Positions 39,637 to 47,668 of a stretch of 64,000 nt of DNA are shown piece by piece; within the stretch, counting starts at the first letter, position 1; every line of letters starts with the position of its first letter. The DNA is from a virus (taxonomy: Duplodnaviria; Caudoviricetes), in the IMG/VR virus record IMGVR_UViG_3300026549_000069, positions 1 to 64,000 of that record. One strand, 5' to 3'. The notes under the pieces were generated by a model, which was not told the origin of the DNA, did no database searches, and worked only from the letters and a program-made list of their open reading frames with translations. The position numbers and the translations under genes were made by a program.

Positions 39637-40500
39637 CTAGAATTTGATATTGAAATAATTTTCCAAAAACTCTTTACAATTAGTTTGACCGAAAACATTG
39701 TCTTGCGGCTTAAACTTTTTCAAAAACTCATCATAAGTATATGTGAATATATTTTGAACAATCCATTCATAGACATCCGAAAAATTTGCGTGAATACTTG
39801 TTCGCTTGTGATTGGCAAGGTAATATTGCCCTCCCCTTGCATATAGTTTTAGCAAATTTGGGTATTTCAAGAATTGGTTTATCCGTTTTCTGCGACCTTG
39901 CAACGGGCAACCCAAACAACCAAGCCGCTTTGTTACATCAAACACGCCATCATTGCCGTAATACAATGGGTGGCATTTTATCCCTCGGTGTTCAATAAAT
40001 TCAGCAACATCGTTATCATTCCATTCTAATATAGGATAAAAGCATTCTACATGGTTTTTCTTTGCGCCATTATATAATTTGCATTCTGTCGGTTCTTTAT
40101 ATCGCTCTTGCCTACTCTTGGATTCGCACTTACGAATACCCATAACTACAACATTCAAAATCTTGTACTCTTTTAATACGCCGCAACAAAAACGCATCCT
40201 AGCCGTTGGGAAACCGTATTTTTTGATAAGTTCAAGAAACGAAAATCTTGGTCGCCGCACTTCAACACCATTATCTTTGCAATGTTTGGTTGTGCCACTT
40301 GGGTCTAATGTTGTCATCTTGTATATTGGAAGAAAATCAACTTTTGCCATTTTAGCCAATTCAAGTATAACATCGCTGTCTTTTCCGCCGCTATATGCTA
40401 TTTCAACTGGTTCGCCATATCTTTTGGCGGATTTTTCTGCTTGCCGAATCAACTTTATTGCAAAATCTATTTTTCTTTGCAACTCTTTACTCATTAACAT
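39637..40500 (-). CDS. PAPS-reductase family (PP-loop) protein
   Basis: AYSGGKDS, FCCGVLKE, MGIRKCES..R, PILEW and RLGCLGCP motifs. Confidence 0.85.
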   Translation of the reverse strand: MLMSKELQRKIDFAIKLIRQAEKSAKRYGEPVEIAYSGGKDSDVILELAKMAKVDFLPIYKMTTLDPSGTTKHCKDNGVEVRRPRFSFLELIKKYGFPTARMRFCCGVLKEYKILNVVVMGIRKCESKSRQERYKEPTECKLYNGAKKNHVECFYPILEWNDNDVAEFIEHRGIKCHPLYYGNDGVFDVTKRLGCLGCPLQGRRKRINQFLKYPNLLKLYARGGQYYLANHKRTSIHANFSDVYEWIVQNIFTYTYDEFLKKFKPQDNVFGQTNCKEFLENYFNIKF

Positions 40501-40503
40501 AGG

Positions 40504-41408
40504 CTAGTCAATTATATGGGTATCCCAAAATTCAACACACAGTTTGCTGAAAAAATAATCCGACAATGCCACATCCAACAATGAGCGGATATTTTTCATG
40601 CAATTAGAAATATAATCAATCGGGTCATTGACATAGCCGTTATCATCTTTCACTGGAACAACATCTTTTGGACAAGAAACAGCAAAAGCACGAATCTGCA
40701 TGAAACAATCGTTGATTTTCTGATGATTGTCACGCATACCGTCTGACGGGCTGTAATTCCACGCATAGCGATTGACACTTACACAAGGCGCAAGACCATC
40801 CGCCTCGCTGTCAAACATTTCTTTCAGCACAAAAAGATGATAATCCGATTCTGACAAATTATAGTAATCAAAAAGCAATGATTCGATATGCTTGGATATT
40901 TCATCCATATCGGCAAATGTTGCGGAAACAAATGCCAACGCATTAATCTTTTCCCAGCATTTCTCAATTTCCTTTTCAAGCCACTTGCTTTTAGAGATAA
41001 CGTCATCAACACTGGAATACTCTTTCTTGAAATCCCAATCGGGATAAATTGTGGTGTAACACGACATAGTTAAATATTATTTAAAAGATAGACATAAGAG
41101 AGAAAATAACGGGAAATCCGTTTTGGATAACATACGAAATATTTACGTTTCGCCATTTTTTTCAGCTTGCGCGGAAATTTCCAATATTTTCCATAAAATA
41201 TTCGCCTTTCTTTGTTCGTAAACTTATTTACTTTCACCTCATAAGTGATTGTATGCCCGCATTGGTTATCCCATTTTACCTTTTCGTCATCACTTTGCTC
41301 GCTCGACAAATCAAAATCAAGCGTGGCGATGGGCATTCCCGTTTCTATAGGCTTGTTGCAATAGAACAAGCTGCAATTATCAAACATCATATTATCTTTA
41401 TCTCCCAT
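40504..41408 (-). CDS. Two hypothetical proteins (40504..41067, 41070..41408)
   Basis: Abutting ORFs in the track. Confidence 0.6.
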
Positions 41409-41542
41409 AATCGTTTTATTTGCGTTTTAAGGGGCTTTTACACCCCAAGGTGAACAACTAGTCATTTTTGATATTCCACACGATTGTAGATGCCTCAAAA
41501 TGCGAAATAGGGCGATTCTGGCATACAATGCGCATCTGCAAT

Positions 41543-42520
41543 TCATTTCTTCTCCCATTTTTGACGTTCTTTCGACCAGACAACAGTACCACGGCCATTG
41601 TTCATCTTGATTTCAGCCCCGTCAGGACGATTGTTGTTGTCATAGCCATCGAAGATATAATTCTCGTCAACACCAGTAAAAATATAGCACCCGTAATGCT
41701 CATTCCAATGAATGTTGCCAGTGGTGTCAGGACGATATTGCGTTTCACCAAACAAGCAGCCATAAACCTTGGACGGGTCATAGACAATCTTGCCACCGTC
41801 AAATATCACGTCATCGAAAAGGCGGTCACGAAGATAACGCTCAAAATCCCGCTGGTAGCACAATTCCCGTGTCGAAACATAAGCATGAATATGGCCTAGC
41901 ACCCGAGAACGGTCATCAACAGACAGACGTTCCCACTGCTCACGCGACTTTTTCTTGCTGCCCTTGCGATTGTAGGCAACCCAGCATTTTTCAAACATTT
42001 CGTCTTTTTCTTTTTTTTCTTTTTTGGATAGTTTTTTTCTTTTATTTTCTTTTTCTACAACATCATCTTGTTGTTGTATACTATCAGCATCTATGTGTAG
42101 TATACTAGTATCAGTATCTAGTATTGTAATATTATTATAGTATTGCCGATTTTCAACCCGTGTAGGAGTTTTTCCGATTCGGGTTTTTTCCGAGTCAGGT
42201 TTTTCCCCACACGGCTCAGATTCACAACAACGAAAAGCCTTGAGCACATATTTCACATTGCCAAAACAACCCTTGCCATCCTTGGACTGACCAACACGAA
42301 CCAACCAACCAGATGACATCAACTCTCCTACATACTTGCGAAAGGTGTCCGCACTGTAACCCAATTCAGAACACATCGTTTTCTGGTCGAAATTCCAGCC
42401 CGGTTCCTTGCAAGCCATGTAAACATACATGAACCTAGCACGGTCACTCAACGCAACATCAAATACCAAATCTTTCGGTATCGACTGCAAACCACATAAT
42501 TCACTTGAAAAATTACCCAT
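41543..42520 (-). CDS. Replication initiator-like protein (N-terminal wHTH)
   Basis: IPKDLVFDVALSDRARFMYVYM...GWNF...ELGYSADTFRKYVGELMSSGWL, then a low-complexity linker and FEKCWVAY domain. Start placed at ATG 42520, downstream of the structured leader. Confidence 0.7.
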   Translation of the reverse strand: MGNFSSELCGLQSIPKDLVFDVALSDRARFMYVYMACKEPGWNFDQKTMCSELGYSADTFRKYVGELMSSGWLVRVGQSKDGKGCFGNVKYVLKAFRCCESEPCGEKPDSEKTRIGKTPTRVENRQYYNNITILDTDTSILHIDADSIQQQDDVVEKENKRKKLSKKEKKEKDEMFEKCWVAYNRKGSKKKSREQWERLSVDDRSRVLGHIHAYVSTRELCYQRDFERYLRDRLFDDVIFDGGKIVYDPSKVYGCLFGETQYRPDTTGNIHWNEHYGCYIFTGVDENYIFDGYDNNNRPDGAEIKMNNGRGTVVWSKERQKWEKK

Positions 42521-42733
42521 AATACAAACTTTTTTATCATACCCACAACCAAACATACATACAAAAAACAACCACTGGCAATCAAACAATATTGTCTTCC
42601 ACTACAATCCGTCTAATCACCAGCGGCCGAAAAAAGTTTGTATATATGCTGAGGAGCGAAGTAATCCGAGATTTATTATACAAAATTGCCAATTGAATGT
42701 GGAAGATTTAGCAACATTTCAAAAATCACAGTG

Positions 42734-42765
42734 CAAAGGTAGTAGCTTTTCTTGAAATACACAAA
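42734..42765 (-). promoter_or_regulatory. Bacteroidota-type promoter (leftward)
   Basis: TTTG, 20-nt spacer, TACCTTTG. Confidence 0.75.
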
Positions 42766-43139
42766 TTTTTTCCCAAAAAAATGACAAAATTGATTTTAAA
42801 GCGCATTTAAGCACGTCAAACAAGCAAAATGAACAACTATACTACACAACACACAAAAACGTAACACAGGGCAATTGTGGACGTTTTAGGGGCATTATAG
42901 AATTATAAGTACAATATAACTTGATTTTTTCAAAAATTTTTTTCGTTTTTTCGAAAAAAGGGTTTGCACCACACGAAATCCACGTCCCTATCTCCCCCTC
43001 CCCCTCGGCCTAAAAGCTAGCTGAAACGCCCCTAAACACGCAAAACGCAAATATATTTGTATCAAACGAACAATTAACTTGAATATCAAACAATTGCACA
43101 CAAAATCACCTTAAACGCTAGCTTTTTGGGCGAAAATAC

Positions 43140-43460
43140 ATACAATCTAATTTAATATACAATAATTTCATTTTTCTGCAAATATATCTACTTTTCATAA
43201 ATTTTTGCTATTTTGCCCTAATATTAATATAATTATTACATAACTTTAATAACTTTACAGTATAAACTGTATAATACTACACTAACAGATAATACTAGCT
43301 AATAAACAGTAGTATACTAACAGTTTATATATCAACTAAATAACAGTTAATTAGTTAATTATTATAGATATGCTTAAATAGTATGATTATAATATTACTA
43401 TTAATAAATATCCATTTGGCTAGTATTTCCTTTTGGACTAGTCTAATTTGCTTTAATAAT
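43140..43460. other. Very AT-rich tract in the divergent intergenic region
   Basis: Strong AT enrichment with recurring TAACAG/AACAG words and an imperfect inverted repeat (TATAAACTGT at 43261 / ACAGTTTATA at 43320). Confidence 0.6.
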
Positions 43461-43591
43461 GTACCCACACGAAAGGGCTGGATTTAGTTAACAAACCTTT
43501 AAAAATAGGCTTATTTGTGAAAATATCTTTCGCCTATATATATGTACACACGAAATAATGCAGTTAACAGGCGTTAAAAAAATAGGAAAAA

Positions 43592-43623
43592 TTTGGTCAA
43601 TCCAGAAGGTGGGTGTACTTTTG
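43592..43623 (+). promoter_or_regulatory. Bacteroidota-type promoter (rightward, early region)
   Basis: TTTG 43592-95, 20-nt spacer, TACTTTTG 43616-23. Confidence 0.8.
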
Positions 43624-43628
43624 CAGTG

Positions 43629-44345
43629 TCGAAAGGGACAAAGGAACAACCCGCCACCGTAACGCGGCGCCCCACGTCCGAACAACCAAACAAGTTAGAC
43701 TAACGTTGTATGTTAGTTGAAGAGCACCTTGAAATGATGACAAACGGCATTGTACCGGATAGGTCGGAGCCAACCGTGAAAAGCTATTTAGCTCGTTGGT
43801 CCAGGAATTGACAATTCCCCACCTTCGTTAACACTTCTGGCAAAGGTGTAAGCGGTTGAGTTTTTAGACTAAAAGCGGTAACAAAGAGCCGAAGCGGGAA
43901 GGTATGCACAATGTACCGAGCTTAAAAACGTGTGAATGAATTGAATTAGCTAGTAAATTGTTCCACGTAAAACAATTGCGACGCAAAAAGCAAAATAAAT
44001 GATTTTTGAGCAAATTTGCAAAGCTATCTTTATAGCATTTAATTGCAGTGAGTCAATTGCAAGTGCAGCACACAATTAGCTATCATTATAGCACTTTTGA
44101 TTGTGTGCAGCGCTAAAGCAAAAATCATTGACTTTTGCCGGTTGCGGCAGCCTGAAAAAATAAGGGCTGCAGCGCCGCAATTGTTATTAGCCAGATTAAG
44201 CAACAAAAAACACTGGCGGACGACAGATGAGGAGAATAACAGAGTCGTTTTTTAGGAGCCTTCTCGGGCTCCCCGCCAACAAATTTAATTCACTAACCTA
44301 CTTAAAGCGCTTTTCGGTTGCAGGCCTCGGCCGTGGAACCGTGTA
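43629..44345 (+). ncRNA. Candidate large structured ncRNA or long leader
   Basis: No convincing ORF between the promoter and ATG 44350; many nested stems (see findings). Confidence 0.5.
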
Positions 44346-44349
44346 TATT

Positions 44350-44910
44350 ATGGCTACAACAAACAATGCTACCGCAATCCGCATCGACAACATGAGTCTG
44401 TTTCTCCTCGGCGAGAAAAAGGTCAACTTTAAGAACGTCCTTAAAGCAACGAAGGACGGCATGACTCTTAACCGTGTTATTAGAATGATGGCGAGCAAGG
44501 ATTGTTATCCCACACTCGCCGAGGACTTGAAGCTGTGTGGCATCAACTCTGCCGCCGAGCTCACGCTAAAAAATGTTAAGTCGTTGGTTGCGCCCGAGCT
44601 AAAGAAGGTGGAGACGGTAAAGAACGAGAACGGCACCGAGCGTGAGGTGGAAGTGCTTTGCACCGTCCGTCGCGTTTTTGAAACAGAGGAGGTACAATTG
44701 TACCGTGACGGCATGCCCTTGTGCAAAGCTGGCAAACCACTCACGCAAAAGCGTGCAAAGGAGGACGAGGACGGCGAGAAGGTTGTCAAGGAGTACAAGC
44801 TGTGCAAGGTGTCTGCATGGAGCATCGGCCTCCTCATGAACTTGCTTGCACAGTCGAAGGCTGCAAACGAGGAGCGTGCTCGCATTGCAGCTATGCAGGC
44901 TGCAAAGTAA
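44350..44910 (+). CDS. First early-region protein, hypothetical (basic)
   Basis: ATG at 44350 after an A/T-rich start region; GC-richer codon usage. Confidence 0.65.
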   Translation: MATTNNATAIRIDNMSLFLLGEKKVNFKNVLKATKDGMTLNRVIRMMASKDCYPTLAEDLKLCGINSAAELTLKNVKSLVAPELKKVETVKNENGTEREVEVLCTVRRVFETEEVQLYRDGMPLCKAGKPLTQKRAKEDEDGEKVVKEYKLCKVSAWSIGLLMNLLAQSKAANEERARIAAMQAAK

Positions 44911-45479
44911 TATACGGCAACAGACAACCCGTCCGAGCGGGGCCGTTGGGTAGGGAGCGGCAAAGGTAGTTAGGCTCGGAGCGTTTGCCCGTCACAGTGG
45001 GGAGGTGGCGGGCGAGGTCTACACAAAAAAGTTTGTAATATGGTAAATGTTTTTCACACAAGCGGGCTGTATTTATTCAGTGCCGCAAGCATTGCCGATG
45101 CACACAAAAAGTGCATCGAGCGGGGATTAAAAACATTTACGCAGTCAATGCGTAACGGCATACTAACTTTATATGTTACAGAGGTATGAGCGACAAAATT
45201 ACATTGGCATGCGTGATTAGTTTCATGCTATCGATTTGCGCTATGTGTGGTGCGTTTATCTGCATCGATATGGGAATTGTGGACGGAAATAACGTTTGGG
45301 CTCAGGTTGCATATACGAGCCCAGCAATTGTCTTCGCCCTATCATTGTGGGCAATCGAAATTGCCGAGACCATAGAGAGAAAACGCAACAATAACTAAAC
45401 AATAATAACTCCTGCCGCAAAAGGTGGGCGCAATCCTTTGCTACTTTGGCGAGCGAAAGAGCGAAAGTAGCGGTTTATT

Positions 45480-46793
45480 ATGGCAAAGATTAAGAATTTG
45501 CAGACAGGTGAGGAGATGACCGTTAATAACAGTGTGATTCGTAACGGCCAATTGTGGGTGTTCAACAAAACGCCAAAACTTGGCGAACGTTGGTTCGCAA
45601 AGCGTCCGATGTTGTCGCAAGACGGCACGGTCGAAGGCACCGCGCCAAACCTTGCGCTCCGTATGACCATTGCGGAGCCGTGGGTGCTTGACACAAGCAA
45701 GCCCGAGAGAAAACAGCGTACGCCCAAGGTACGCCAACCCGAGCCCGAGCAGCCGAAGGAAACAGAAGTGCCAGAGCAACCGATACCGCAGCCAGAGCCC
45801 GAACAGCCGCAACCGACACCACAACCCGTGCAACCTGCTCCGGCATTCAACGTCACAGGTCTTGAAGGCGGGTTGGCGCAGGTGTTCGCACCTGTGTTTC
45901 AACAGGTAGCGGCACAGATAGAGGAAAACATCCGCGCAAAAGTGGCCACAGAAATTGCCGACTTGAAGCGTGTCGCCGAGGAAAAAGCGCGGACGCTCCG
46001 CATTGAGCTGCCAGATGGAACAAAGACCAAGGTCGAAGGTCTGACAATGGACGGTTTTGATGATATGGTGCGAGATTTAGCTGCTGGCTATGCCGTGTAT
46101 ATGTACGGCCCCGCAGGAACAGGCAAGTCACACACAGCAAAGCAACTTGCGGCCGCACTTGGTTTGCCATACTACGAACTTAATCAGGTTGAGTTCGCAC
46201 ACGAGGTTGCCGGCTATGGCGATGCAAGCGGCAAGTATGTGCCGACACCACTTTACGAGGCGGTCACAAAGGGCGGCTTGCTGTTCTTTGACGAGTTTGA
46301 CCGCAGCGCACAAAGTGCGACAACTATTGTCAACACATTGTTGGCAAATCGGCGTTTTACATTCCCTGTCGTTGGCAATGTTGAGGCACACCCGAATTTC
46401 CGTGTGGTTGCCGCAGGTAATACGACTATGACTGGCGCAAGTAACGAGTATGTTGCCGCCAACGTGATTGACGCATCAAGTCGTGACCGATTTGTGTTTT
46501 ACAAAACGTATTACGACGAGCGCATTGAGCTGCCTGTTATGGCTGGCGGTGATAAAGAACTTGTGGATTTCATGCAAGACTTGCGACAATCAATTGAGAA
46601 ATCGCACATCTCGCTTGTTGCAAGTATGCGTGCAACCAAGTACTTGCACACGCACGACAACAACAAGCGCACCGCACTTGAGCGCGGTTTGTTCAAGGGC
46701 ATGGATGCCGAGGACATTCGTGTGCTGTACAACAATCTTTCGAGCAAAGGTCTGATAACGAGCTGGGCCGATGCAATGCAAGAATTGTGCTAA
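45480..46793 (+). CDS. MoxR/CobS-like AAA+ ATPase with a P/E/Q-rich linker
   Basis: GPAGTGKS, LLFFDEFDR, HPNFRVVAAGNT and SRDRF motifs. Confidence 0.88.
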   Translation: MAKIKNLQTGEEMTVNNSVIRNGQLWVFNKTPKLGERWFAKRPMLSQDGTVEGTAPNLALRMTIAEPWVLDTSKPERKQRTPKVRQPEPEQPKETEVPEQPIPQPEPEQPQPTPQPVQPAPAFNVTGLEGGLAQVFAPVFQQVAAQIEENIRAKVATEIADLKRVAEEKARTLRIELPDGTKTKVEGLTMDGFDDMVRDLAAGYAVYMYGPAGTGKSHTAKQLAAALGLPYYELNQVEFAHEVAGYGDASGKYVPTPLYEAVTKGGLLFFDEFDRSAQSATTIVNTLLANRRFTFPVVGNVEAHPNFRVVAAGNTTMTGASNEYVAANVIDASSRDRFVFYKTYYDERIELPVMAGGDKELVDFMQDLRQSIEKSHISLVASMRATKYLHTHDNNKRTALERGLFKGMDAEDIRVLYNNLSSKGLITSWADAMQELC

Positions 46794-46812
46794 TCTTTTA
46801 ACACTAACGACT

Positions 46813-47619
46813 ATGAACGTATTGTTTCAAAAATTCGCCAACATGAGCGAATACCACAACTATCTTGAGAGCGGGAAAGTTCAGCCCGCTTTCAAGAGTG
46901 GGCAAGCGTCAAAGACTGGATTTAAAAGCTTTACAGGTACGGAGTCCTATGAAGAGGCTGACAAGCTATATTTGTGGGGCGATGAAGAAATCGCAAAGAA
47001 ACTTGACGGGTCTTATTCAATCAAGACTATGATTCGCAAATATGCTGCGATGAAACCGACAACAAAGAAATTTGTCAGCGTGTGTGGTGCTGTTCCCCAT
47101 GTGCCTAACTATATCGCTGGCATTCCGACAAACATGATTGCAATCCGCCGAACAAAAGTCAGAGAGCGTGTTATGGATGTGTTCTTTAACATGTGCATAT
47201 CATGCGATGTTAGCACAGAGGAAATAATTGAAACGACAATAGAGTTATTTAAGGCGATTATGACAATCGAATCTAGCGGAACACGGGTCAATCTGTATGC
47301 TGGCGAGGCTGTGATAAACAAAAGTCACACGCAGGTTGCTGGAATGGCGATAAAGATTAAGAATGCAACACAACCGATAGACATTGTAAAGATGGTCTAT
47401 CCGCTGGTCAACCCGTCAATGTTGCGCCGCCACCATTTTCGCTGGCTTGAAGTGACAAAGGGAATCGAAAAAGATTTCCATAACGGATATGGCCGTGTCC
47501 GTGATGACCTTACGATGCCATACGTTCGAAAGGAAATGCGCAATTGTCATTGCGTATGCTTTAATGAAATCCGTAAGATGACGTGCGATAGCATTGTCCG
47601 CACAATTCTTGACAACTAA
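46813..47619 (+). CDS. vWA-like partner of the AAA+ ATPase
   Basis: Directly follows the ATPase; DVFFNMCISC...IESSGTRVNLY segment typical of phage AAA partners. Confidence 0.6.
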   Translation: MNVLFQKFANMSEYHNYLESGKVQPAFKSGQASKTGFKSFTGTESYEEADKLYLWGDEEIAKKLDGSYSIKTMIRKYAAMKPTTKKFVSVCGAVPHVPNYIAGIPTNMIAIRRTKVRERVMDVFFNMCISCDVSTEEIIETTIELFKAIMTIESSGTRVNLYAGEAVINKSHTQVAGMAIKIKNATQPIDIVKMVYPLVNPSMLRRHHFRWLEVTKGIEKDFHNGYGRVRDDLTMPYVRKEMRNCHCVCFNEIRKMTCDSIVRTILDN

Positions 47620-47668
47620 TATAAACCACGGGGCGGTATCATCCGCCCCACTAAAACAAATAAACGAC

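Noticed and set aside
43887-43925. Group II intron domain V (GAGCCG...)
   Set aside because: Inner stem and 3' CGGTTC strand do not fit; no domain VI or interrupted gene.
44213-44277. Hammerhead ribozyme (CAGATGAG near CTGATGA)
   Set aside because: Core mismatch and no GAAA strand in the required position.
45401-45480. Twister ribozyme (TAACTCCTGCC resembles the twister 5' strand)
   Set aside because: Lacks the P4 loop CCxAAGC, the P2 3' strand and the 3' GAGG pseudoknot partner.
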